NCBI GenBank assembly: GCA_026025795.1
Contig: JAPEUG010000086.1
Span: 1 to 51,714, forward strand
Origin: Thelocarpon superellum
Lineage: Eukaryota
Direction: 5' to 3'
DNA length: 51,714 bases
The position numbers were made by a program, and so were the translations under genes. Below are positions 1-10,082 of this stretch, piece by piece. The notes beneath the pieces were generated by a model. It searched no databases and was not told where the DNA came from. It saw nothing but the letters and a program-made list of their open reading frames with translations. Each line of letters begins with the position of its first letter. The first letter of the stretch is position 1.

Positions 1-24
1 CGCCTCCGCCTCCGCCTCCGCCTC
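1..24. repeat. (CGCCTC)4 simple repeat
   Basis: Four exact copies at the window start. Confidence 0.8.
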
Positions 25-243
25 GTCCTCTTCGCTTCGCAGCCTTCACTGCCCTTCAGTGCTCTTCGAATTGACCGGTACTCGTGGTTGAGATCTACTA
101 ACTCGGTCCTTCTCCTTCAGGAACTCCCCAAGCTTGATCACCTCCCTCACAACAAACCACTCCCAGGCACATCACAAGCAAGTCCTCACCACCACATCTC
201 CAAGCGCGCTGCAAGTGAGAAGAGAGACTTTGTCGTGAACGAC

Positions 244-1605
244 ATGGCTTCATCGGACTCGGGACAGACGGCGCCCGCCTTGCCTCCCGTCCAGCGCTTA
301 GGAGCCTCTCCCCATTCCGCGCGCACGTCCGAGCAACGAGTGACTTGGGCGGCGTTCCAAGCCGCTCGTCGTCAACGACACAACAGGGCAAGGATGTCGG
401 CGACGGCGGGCACGAATGAGTCGAACATTGCCAACACGGCCTCGACCATTCCGACGATACCACCCCCGCACAAGTTAGACGTCTCGGTCTTGGGCTGGGC
501 CTTTGGCTTTCCAATTCTATCCACGGCCCATTATGTTGAGGGCAGCGTGCCGAAACGCGAGGTCGATCAGCAGGAAAGCGATCCGGGCTCTGGCAAGCGC
601 GTGCGGCTCGCAGACTCCTTACCCGCAACCGTGAGCCCCCGGCTGCTGGAGTCTGCCGATGTCCGTGAACGACGGCGGTCGTTCCCGCAGAGTCCATCCG
701 CTGGAAAGGGTCGTCGTTATGGCCATCACAAGGCATGGTGGGGAGGGTCCGGCGTACTGTCTCTTCCATTGCGCCCGCGACATCGACCGGTGGAATCGGA
801 TCCGGTGCAGGCTCTACCAAAGTCCAGCGAGAACGACCTGCCGCTCAGAGGCAAGGAGTTCAAACCACAGCAGCTGCCAAAGCAGCTTCCAGAAACGGAG
901 GCGAGATACGACACGCTGGAACAGCAATCGGCCGAGGCGATACAGGCCCTGCGAGCACGAGTGAAGGTGCTCGAGAAAGTGGCCGAGGACCAGAAAGTCG
1001 TGATCGCCTCCCTTCGCAGCCAGCTCGGAGGAACTACGGTTCTAACGCCGCCACTCTCTCCCATTCGCCAGAAACGGGGCGTGGACCGGTTTCATTGCTC
1101 TCCACCACCGACAAAGACGCCGACACACCCCACAGAGGTCCTCAGCGAATTGGTGCCACAGTGGTCATCACCTCCACCTCAATCGACGCTGTCCCCAGGC
1201 CACGAGATCGCCGTCAACCTCGCCGCACACGTCGCCTTCCCAGTCCTCCTCACGTCTAAGCCGGAGAACGAGCCCCGACCCTCCAAGGCCGGCTCACTCT
1301 CCAACGAAGACGTGCACATCCCCCACCACCGAAAGGTCCAGAGTCGAGTTGCGGACCTCGACCGCGAACTCGAGCAGAATTCATTCGAGGACGTGATTGG
1401 TCTACCAAAAGAGTACGCTCCTGTCTGTCTCGGGACACGCCTTGCTTTTCGCGAGAAGAAAACGATACGAATCACCTCTCCTTTCTCCTGCGTGTACCAC
1501 CTGAGCAGATACGCTGACGTCTCGATTTGCGTTCCCAGAAGTAAAAGACAACCTCACCGAAGGAGGGGGAGCTCTTGCTTGTCGACGCGTGATGCAGGGG
1601 AATGA
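244..1605 (+). CDS. Hypothetical low-complexity protein with a central coiled coil (start and final exon uncertain)
   Basis: Frame is open from base 1 to TGA 1605; first ATG is at 244 (MASSDSGQ). Heptad-like segment AIQALRARVKVLEKVAEDQKVVIASLRSQL. C-terminal LGTRLAFRE is followed by intron-like signals (GCTGAC...CCCAG near 1513-1538). Confidence 0.6.
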   Translation: MASSDSGQTAPALPPVQRLGASPHSARTSEQRVTWAAFQAARRQRHNRARMSATAGTNESNIANTASTIPTIPPPHKLDVSVLGWAFGFPILSTAHYVEGSVPKREVDQQESDPGSGKRVRLADSLPATVSPRLLESADVRERRRSFPQSPSAGKGRRYGHHKAWWGGSGVLSLPLRPRHRPVESDPVQALPKSSENDLPLRGKEFKPQQLPKQLPETEARYDTLEQQSAEAIQALRARVKVLEKVAEDQKVVIASLRSQLGGTTVLTPPLSPIRQKRGVDRFHCSPPPTKTPTHPTEVLSELVPQWSSPPPQSTLSPGHEIAVNLAAHVAFPVLLTSKPENEPRPSKAGSLSNEDVHIPHHRKVQSRVADLDRELEQNSFEDVIGLPKEYAPVCLGTRLAFREKKTIRITSPFSCVYHLSRYADVSICVPRSKRQPHRRRGSSCLSTRDAGE

Positions 1606-2346
1606 GCAGTATCATCAGCCGTATCCTTAGTTCTCAGTAAATGCGCAGCGCAGCTACATCATTAAGGAAACCGCCAATAAACCTGCTTTTGCACCGTGCG
1701 CGTGGAAAGAATCATCTCAATCCACAGCAACGACGAGCCCTCCTTGTAGTACATCATGATCGGCTTCGGTCACGTAGGACCCTCCTGCTTACACGTAAGC
1801 CGGAGACCTTCCTTACGTAAAATCTTCCGTGATAGATGGCAGCTAGAGCTTTGATTACGTAGTGTTCTCCCCCTCATGCAGCCCCTCGAGGTCATGGTTA
1901 TATGGAGCGCCCCTGGTCCACGCAGTATCCTGCGATGTAGTCATACAGAGTCCTTCTGATTACGCATATATGTGTACAGCAGCTGCGGCAGGCATGAAGT
2001 GTTCAGGGGTCCGCCGTGGAGTTACCTCCCGCATTTTCCGGCGGGGCGCGCCGGGTGGTCAGATCCATCGAGTCTTTTTCCTTATTCGACGTGCTGGATC
2101 TTGTCCCTCGGCCAATGGAAAACTTGACTGAATGGATGGATGCATGGATAAATGATCTGTTGCGTCTCATTTATCCGGCTTCGAATACACGTGTCGATAG
2201 GTAGATACAGGAAGGAAAGCGAGAGGGAGAGATATCCACAGTGTCATCTGAACGATGCCACTTTACGCCGACCCAAGCGCCACGGAAGAGGACGAGATGA
2301 CAGGAGATGAGGAAGCGCCAGGTGGGGTCAGGGCAGAAACAGCGGG

Positions 2347-3524
2347 TCATATCAACCCGCCCAGCACGACCTTTCCCACGCCCGCCACCTCGGACTTGGC
2401 CCCGCCGCGACTGGCCTCTTCAAAGTCCTTGACGACGCCCGAGATGACGAGTTTGCGCACCTTGCTATCGAATTTGAAAAAGGTCTCGCCCACGCCCGGC
2501 GTGCAGGTCGTCGGCGAGTTGATCAGGCTCATGGCGCGCGTGTAGCAGTCGATCAAGACGTCGCAGAGGGTGGCAAAGGTTTCTTGGAAGTCGGGGTCGA
2601 AGGGGAGGGAGGGCGTCAAGAGGTGCGTGTATTCTTCGCCGGGCAGCAGTTCTTGGTCGCTGGTGGGAAAGGAGGATGCGGTGGAGGAGCTCGTGGATGC
2701 GATGCTTCCCGTCATCGACTTCAGGTCTGATGGGTCGCTCGTGCTGCTCATGGGGAGACCAATCTCGGTGGCGGAGCTCGTGCGTCGACCCTTGCTCGTG
2801 GCCGCGCGCTTGAACATGGCCGGGATGCGAGCCCGGGACAGGGACGATGCGGACGAGCCGTCCGACGGATGGATCTGCTGGTATGTTTCGTATTCGAGCA
2901 AGAGGGCATTGAGCGACTTGAGATATTCCAGGGAGTTGGTCGAACTGAGATCGAGAATGGTGGGCAGTGAGAGGCCGAGCAGGAGGAAGTTGGTCGCTCG
3001 CCGTGACTGCTTCTTGGGTTCGGTCGAGGAGAATCGTTGCAGGTCCGGACGGGTGAAGAGGAGGGTGTTGAACCAGTACACCCGGCCTTCGTGACTGTGC
3101 AAATAGTCAGCCCCGGCAGGTGAAACGGCGGGCAACGTGTCGTCATACGCTTTGCGCAAGTAGTCTAGGGTGGAGATTCGTTTCGACGCCGTGTCGTGGA
3201 TGTGCTGGTAGATGATGTACGGATTGTGTGCCCCACCAGCGCCGCTCGATGAGGTGGCGCCGGTTGTGGGGGTCGGCGCCGCGGTGGGGAAGGGAAGGTC
3301 CACGGCAGACGCCAGGTGTGAGACGTATGGCGGTCGTGGAGGATCCGACTGCTTCCGTGCGCCTATCATGATGATCGGTGTTGAAATTGGCTCGTGGCTG
3401 GCGGGGCGAGATCAGTGCAGTGTCAGAGAGGGAAATGGATATTTCCGACCGCAATCCACCATCCCAGGGTCGTGAATGGAAAAAAAAGGGTGTCGCAGTG
3501 GGCACCGCGGCCAAAGGCAATCAT
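2347..3524 (-). CDS. Conserved fungal hypothetical protein (SKRISTLDYLRKA/HEGRVYWFNT family)
   Basis: Long ORF 2347-3369 with an in-frame 54-nt intron 3095-3148 (GTATGA...GCTGAC...CAG). Probable first exon ATG 3524 (MIAFGR) spliced through 3363-3505 to give MIAFGRGARKQSD; alternative start is ATG 3369. Confidence 0.75.
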
Positions 3525-3981
3525 TGAGAGATGACGCCGTTCATCGAAGCCATGTCGATCGTGAGGATGCACCGTTGATCGGCTTGGGGGAAATCTTGAT
3601 CAATCAGTTGGCCCTGCAGACACGCTACTGCAACTGCCAGTGCTGCCCTCTGTGCGTGGCCGAGACGCGGGACCCTTTCTAGGGGGTGGCCGAACGACGG
3701 CTTCGGATTAGGGGCGAAGGACAGGGCGTCCGTGCCTGAGCCGATCCCTTACCCCGCTAGGTACGAAGTAACATACTTCGTACAAGGGCGACCAAAGGTG
3801 GGCACGACCAGTGGTAACACTACCTCGCTGTTCAAGGGAGAGCTCCTGACTACTGCACCGAGAGACCGTCAACATCCCTAGGTACGAGCACCAAGGGAGA
3901 GGGGGGCGCCAAATTAGTTGGGATGCAAGTGAACATGTCGAGTATGTGATCGCTAGGAGTTCGCCCGCCATACACCGAACT

Positions 3982-5555
3982 ATGTCGTTCGAAGACTTTG
4001 CCATTGCGCCCGCTCCGGGTCATTGGCCTGTACCTCCGCAAGATGACGCGCCAGTCTCCAAGGACCGAATATGGGTGGACGGATGCTTTGATTTCAGCCA
4101 TCATGGTTCGCACAGATCGCACCCTGATGCGAACAGTACTTGGCACTGACTGTGGATAGGGCACGCTGGCGCGATGCTCCAAGCCCGACGACTCGGCGAC
4201 GAGCTGTATGTCGGAATCCATTCGGATGAAGCCATCTTGGAGAACAAGGGCCCCACGGTGATGACCCTTAACGAGCGGTCAGCACGTAAGAGACGTCCCA
4301 TGAGATCTCGGCGACTGAAAGCATGTACAGAGTCTCGGCGGTCGAGGCATGTCGGTGGTCCACCGCTTCGGTCCCACACGCCCCGTACGTGACCTCGCTG
4401 CCCTGGATCTCTCACTACGGCTGCTACTATGTCGTGCACGGCGACGACATTACCTCGGACAGCAATGGCGAGGACTGCTATCGATTCGTCAAAGCCGCCG
4501 GTCGCTTTCTGGTCGTGAAGCGTACGCCTGGCATATCCACGACCGACCTCGTTGGCCGCATGCTTCTCTGTACCCGAGGACATTTCATCCACTCACTAGC
4601 CCAGGCCCTGGCGGGGCAAGAAGGCCACGGCACAGAGGAGGAGCGAAAGACGTTGGGCGCAGAAATGAAGCAGCGCATTGCCGACTATGCCAGCGACGAG
4701 ACCGGGAAACGACCTGGCGCGGACGTGTGGATATGGTCCCTGCCGGGAACGGCCAAGTCCGACCCTACCACGGATGACCCGGGTAGATTCGACAAGCTCG
4801 TAGCCGGAGACTCGCCCAGGCCTGGACAGAGAGTGGTCTACGTGGATGGAGGCTTCGATCTGTTTTCATCCGGCCACATCGAGTTCTTGAAGAAGGTCGT
4901 CGACGCCGAAGAAGCCGTGGCTCGTGCGCAAGGCTGGTACGAGACGACCGCGGCCAGCAAACGGAGAGATCAGACGGGCTCGGACTACAGTCCCGTGTAC
5001 GTGATTGCCGGAGTACATGACGACGAAGTAATCAACCGGTGCAAAGGGGTCAACTACCCTATCATGAACATATTCGAGCGAGGCCTATGCGTGCTTCAAT
5101 GCCGGGTACTCCCTCCTCTCCTTTTCCCCTGCCCCTCCACTTTTCTTCCCGTGCTCCAAACTGAGTCAAAGACGCCATAGTACATCCAAGCCGTGGTCTT
5201 CAGCGCCCCCTTCACACCGTGCATCGCGTACTTACGGCAGCTACCGCACGGCGCGCCACAGGGAGTATACCACGGTCCGACGTCCTTCATGGGGCTGACA
5301 TACGACCCGTACCGCGGCGCCAAAGAGCTAGGCATCTACCGCGAGATCGGGGCGCATGAGTTCGCGGACGTCAACGCCGAGACCATCGTGCAGCGCATCC
5401 TGAAGAGCCGTGCGCAGTACGAGGAGCGTCAGCGCGTCAAGGGCGTCAAGGGTGCCGGCGAGGAGGCGGTGCGGAAACGAGAGGAGATGGAGCGGGCGGC
5501 GGCGCTGGAGAAGAAAGAGAGGGAGAGGGAGGCGGGACGGGGAGCTCAGAATTGA
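3982..5555 (+). CDS. ECT1: Ethanolamine-phosphate cytidylyltransferase
   Basis: Two cytidylyltransferase domains: WVDGCFDFSHHGH, VVHGDD, KRTPGISTTDLVGRML and YVDGGFDLFSSGH. Introns 4106-4159, 4278-4330, 5106-5180; stop TGA 5553-5555. Confidence 0.93.
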
Positions 5556-5746
5556 TTGGTTTCTACCACTAAAAGGGGTTCGATTAGACTCATCTATAGA
5601 AGAAGACGATGAAGAGGACGACGACGACAAGACGCTAACGCAATCAATGTATGAATGAACGATGGAAGAAACGAATGCACCAAGTCGCAAGTCTATAGGC
5701 AGAAATTCAGTAGTCCCTCCCCCTGGTTTCCTCTCTTTGACCACCA

Positions 5747-7306
5747 TTAGCCTTCTACCTCCACCACTTGCTCCCCCTCCACATTGCCCTCCTCCTCGTC
5801 GACGACAACACCCCACGGATGACTCTCAACGCCATACATGATATTCTTCAGCCAGGTCTTGACGGCGCCGGCGTACAGTCCCGTGCCTTTCTCTTCGTTG
5901 GCCATGGGAATCGCGAGTTCGACGCCGCGGTAATGGATTGCACGTATCCCGGTGATGAAGAACTGTGGCCGCCATTCTGTCAGTCTGGCCGTGCTTCTTA
6001 GATGAACATCAAATGAACACCAACGGGGGAAGAAAGGATCAGACTCACAGCAGTACCCGACACAAACGCCTCCAGCATCCTGCCCTCCTCCACGGCCTCC
6101 TGCACCTCCGCCATGCGAAACTTGCGCTCGACGATCTCGAGGCCTGGGAGAGCCGGGCCATCGTCACCCGTCCAGGCCGTGGCGAGGCGCTCCTTGGCTA
6201 GGTCCAGCACGCTCCGACGCGTCACGCCGTCCAGTACGATCTTGTCGTCCAGTGGCGCCGTGACTAGCTGCGTCTGCCCGCTGCGCGTGCGCCACACCAC
6301 GAAGAAATTGCTGGCTCCGCCCTCGGTCACGTACCCTTCCGGCTCCAAGAGCCATAGCACTTGGTCGTAGCCTAGTGCGCGGGCTTCGGCCTGCGCGACG
6401 AGCGTTGGGCCGTAGTTTGCGCCTGGGGAGCAAGTGTGGTTAGGGGGTGATTGGAATGGAAGGAAGGCGAGGAAAGAGGGCCGCGGCGGGAGGAGGGAGT
6501 AGCCACCTACCTAGCTTCGCATATCCGAATCCTCCCACCCAGGCGCGGATGGAGTCTTCCTTGCTCGCAAACAGCTTCATGCCCGCCTTGGGTGCCTGCT
6601 TGACGTCCGTGAGAGGCCCGACGGACGTGATGGGTCCCGCGTCGAGCTTGGGCTCGTCAAAGCTGGGAAAGCAGGTGGCGATGATGAACATCATGGCCTC
6701 GCCGGGTCGGCGGACACCCAGTGCGGCGTCCGTGCCGATCATGGTCGGACGCAGGTAGATGAACGATCCTGGGCGGCTCTCGGGTAGCCACTTTGGCCCG
6801 TCGATCGCCATCAGGTGCGTGATCAACTTCTGCATCTCTTCCGGGGGAAAGGCGGGCAGGGCAATTCGCGTGGCGGACATCAACATGCGGGCGCAGTTGC
6901 GGTCGGGACGGAAGAGCCGCAGCTTCCCATCAAAGCCGCGGTAGGCCTTCAGTCCTTCGAAACACTCCGTGGCATAGTGCAGGACGCTGGTGGTCGGCCA
7001 CAGGGAAAGGGGCCCGTAGGGCCGGAGCTGAGGCGTCTCCCAGCCGGTGCTGGCCTTCCACTGCACCGTCACCATATGGTCTGTGCATGTCCGCGTCTCC
7101 CATACTTCGGCTGATGTGGGCAGGGGCACGGGACGGGGCGCGGTGGTGCGCGTGACCTGAGTTTTGGATGCATCGAGGGGGGCGGGGATCGTGGCTTCGC
7201 CGTTGGCAGATTTGGCCGGAGGATGGGCGACCTCGGAAAGTTTGTGCAAGATGGCGTTGGTGGTCAGGTCAGTGGGCTCAGGAATGGGGACTGCGGAGGG
7301 CGCCAT
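5747..7306 (-). CDS. BAT: Branched-chain amino acid aminotransferase (PLP class IV), no obvious mitochondrial presequence
   Basis: LHYATECFEGLKAY, LFRPDRN, YLRP, catalytic YAKLGANYGPT, EGGASNFF, LDGVTRRS, SGTA. Introns 6423-6510 and 5963-6048; stop TAA 5747-5749. Confidence 0.93.
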
Positions 7307-7543
7307 AATGGTTGAGTTCTACGAGGTGTGAGGGACTAGGAGAGAGAAAGACAGTGTTGTTGACAGCGGGCAAGACAGGTCGAGGAGGAGGCGAGAGCGA
7401 GGTGAAGAATTAAAGAAGCCAGGGAAATCAGGCAAAGTCAATTCCTTATCAGAGAATGATCCGCCACATTCTAGCCTAGAGCTAGTCATTGATCAACAGG
7501 ACGTCCGGTGGAAGCAGCAAAGGACCTTCCCAGGTCGAGTAAG

Positions 7544-7550
7544 TGAGTCA
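7544..7550. promoter_or_regulatory. Gcn4/CpcA consensus site TGAGTCA upstream of the BCAA aminotransferase
   Basis: Exact consensus about 240 bp upstream of the BAT ATG. BCAA genes are typical cross-pathway-control targets, but a 7-mer can occur by chance. Confidence 0.5.
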
Positions 7551-8234
7551 CACGGACCAGAGCACGTTGATGCGCCAGTGGGTGTGTGGCCCGCGACCAG
7601 GTGCCACCCCACCAAGCTCCACCAAGGGACCGAGTGGTCTGGGTCTTTCCCTGGCCTCGGCGGTACGCGTCTCGGCATGCGGCACCCCCGGGTAGCCCGG
7701 TCGCGTGGGTGGCACGGCAGCTAAGCTGACCGCCCAGGGTGGTTCGCGCCCAGCGGCCTCTTTGGGCCTCCGGGGCCTGGTGGGCGCGCTCCGTAGAGAC
7801 AGGGGCTGTCCGTGTCTCGCGGGGAACACCACCCATCCGGCAACACCAACGGGAAAGAAGTCGAGGCAACCCGCATCCACATTCGTCACGCCTAGAGTCA
7901 GCGAACTCCGGGGCCGCCGCGCGAACACATATGCCCGGATCTGGGATTTTCATGGCACGGATTCTACGCTGCGTCGCCTGCTATGAGTCCTCGGTGTTGG
8001 CGAGCAAGCAGTGGCGGCAACTGTAGGGGTTTGCCCTGGCGTATGTCTGCGTATTGACGCTCGTTTAACTAGAATTTCGTCATGATCGACCGGTGACACG
8101 CGCGCCCTGGCGCTGGTGACCGACGTGAGGTTAGGCAACTGAAACTCGTGCGATTACCTCGTACCAATGCCTTGTCGCGCCCGACGCGAGCCGGAGTTAA
8201 CCGGATAGAAAATATTCAGCTTAGGCAAGCTTAG

Positions 8235-8286
8235 GTACAGATGCACGTCCGGCTCGTTATCGATACTAACTGCCTATGCAAGGCAG
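8235..8286 (+). other. Probable 5'-UTR intron of the PPCDC gene
   Basis: GTACAG donor, perfect TACTAAC branch site (8264-8270) and GGCAG acceptor about 100 nt before ATG 8390. Confidence 0.5.
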
Positions 8287-8389
8287 GTAGCCGCCATCAC
8301 CCCAACGACTTACGCAGCCGACGCGATCCCCCACTGGTCACATCGGGCCCATCGGCATCGGGGAGATCGTCGATCCTACACGACGCAGC

Positions 8390-9127
8390 ATGAATGGCAT
8401 TGACGGCGTCGACGACCACCGCGGGAGACCGGAGCGGTTCGCGGCGGCCGACCACGCGCATGATGGCAAGCACCATCTCCTGCTCGCCGCCAGCGGCTCC
8501 GTCGCCACCATCAAGATCCCCAACATTGTGCAGGCGCTCGCTCATCACCCAAATCTCTCCATCCGCATCATCCTGACCAAATCCGCCGAGCATTTCTTGG
8601 CCGGGCAGAGTCCCGAGCAGCCCTTGGCGCAGTCCCTCAAGGCTCAGCGGAACGTGCAGGGCATCTACGTGGACGATGACGAGTGGAATCGACCGTGGGT
8701 GCGCAAGGCCAACATCCTACACATCGAGCTGCGCCGATGGGCCCATCTCTTGGTGATTGCCCCGCTCTCGGCCAACTCCATGGCCAAGATGGTGGGCGGC
8801 ATCAGTGATAACCTCTTACTCTCCGTCGTGCGCGCGTGGGACACCACAGGCGAGACCGAGGCTCCCGATATACACAAGAGGATCGTCGTGGCACCTGCCA
8901 TGAACACCGCCATGTGGCGGCATCCCATCACGAAGAAACAGCTTCACACCCTCGAGGTCGAATGGGGCGTGGGCCAAGGGCCCGACGGCTGGATCCAGCT
9001 CCTCCGACCGGTGGAGAAGGAGCTGGCGTGCGGTGATGTGGGTGACGGGGCTATGCACGAGTGGCAGCAGATCGTGGCCGTGATCGAGCAAGTCTTTGAG
9101 CTGCCAACACCTCGTCGTCAAGACTGA
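8390..9127 (+). CDS. Phosphopantothenoylcysteine decarboxylase (HAL3/CoaC flavoprotein)
   Basis: LLAASGSVATIK, LHIELRRWA (catalytic His), PLSANSMAK, PAMNTAMW, LACGDVGDGAM (catalytic Cys). Both catalytic residues are in one chain. Confidence 0.93.
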   Translation: MNGIDGVDDHRGRPERFAAADHAHDGKHHLLLAASGSVATIKIPNIVQALAHHPNLSIRIILTKSAEHFLAGQSPEQPLAQSLKAQRNVQGIYVDDDEWNRPWVRKANILHIELRRWAHLLVIAPLSANSMAKMVGGISDNLLLSVVRAWDTTGETEAPDIHKRIVVAPAMNTAMWRHPITKKQLHTLEVEWGVGQGPDGWIQLLRPVEKELACGDVGDGAMHEWQQIVAVIEQVFELPTPRRQD

Positions 9128-9203
9128 TTGAATCGATACACTTACAAATACACGTCATGTACATGGGTCGGAAATGAAGACAATGCAAGCACAGGGGTAG
9201 GAG

Positions 9204-9794
9204 TCAAGAACTCTCGGCTGGAATCAAGACCTTCTCATCCTCGAGCATCGTGGCCAATTGGCCATCTTGATGCATCGACATGAGGATGTCACAACCGCCG
9301 ACAAACTGCTTGTTGACGTACAGCTGCGGTATCGTCGGCCATTCTGAGTATTCTTTGATACCTGTTCAGACGTCCTCCACATTAGCCACGGCCGATCGCC
9401 CAATCGCGCGCACCAGGCGGCCCTCACCCTGCCGGAGATCCTCATCCTCGAGCACATTGAACGCGGTGAACTTGGTCGGGTCGACGCCCTGCAAGCCCAA
9501 GATCTGAATACTAGCGCGGGAGAAGCCACACTGCGGCGTTTCGGGTGTGCCCTTCATGAAGAGCACGACGGGCGCTGATGACACGGCCTTTTCAATGGCC
9601 GCTTTTGTCTCCGATGACAGTAGTCGAGCTTGGAGTGGTGTGAGTCGCGTTGAGCTGGGCACGCCCTCGTGGATGAAGGGGCGTGACGTGTGGCGAAAGG
9701 CCTGGTGGCGTTAGCTATGGAATGCAGCATGCTAAGAAAGGGGACTTGGTCAGTTACGCACCGGTGGCAGGGTCGTGGCTACTCGGGAGAACAT
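9204..9794 (-). CDS. GRX5: Mitochondrial monothiol glutaredoxin
   Basis: [17 protein letters not shown] and [15 protein letters not shown]...FVGGCDI; Arg/Ser-rich presequence MFSRVATT. Introns 9702-9761 and 9362-9427; stop TGA 9204-9206. Confidence 0.95.
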
Positions 9795-10082
9795 CTTGAT
9801 GGCTGACATCTCCGGTGGCAAATGTGCGATACAGCCTGTGGAGATGATGCTGTTGACGCCTCGAGCAGAACGAAGACGACGATGCTACTGGTCCGCCGTA
9901 GCTGACACATTTTGCCGTCATCTGGCGGGGCGATGACGCAGTAATCACGTGACCCGAGTGTTGCCGGCGCTACGGTCTCACAAGAAACCTCGTCGAGGGA
10001 TCTACAGCGCTGCAGCGAGCTTACGCGCACATCATGCGGCTGCTGTTCACCGGGTTCCTCCTGTAGAAGCTGGTATCAATGT

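Noticed and set aside
7497..7519. CAGG...GGAAGCAGC resembling the SRP RNA helix 8 motif
   Set aside because: No closing stem or GNRA loop in the right register, and no other SRP helices.
7306..8390. Telomerase RNA hypothesis (three-way junction plus a downstream TACTAAC)
   Set aside because: No TTAGGG-type template found; the spacer is short for a filamentous-fungal TER; the TACTAAC fits a PPCDC 5'-UTR intron.
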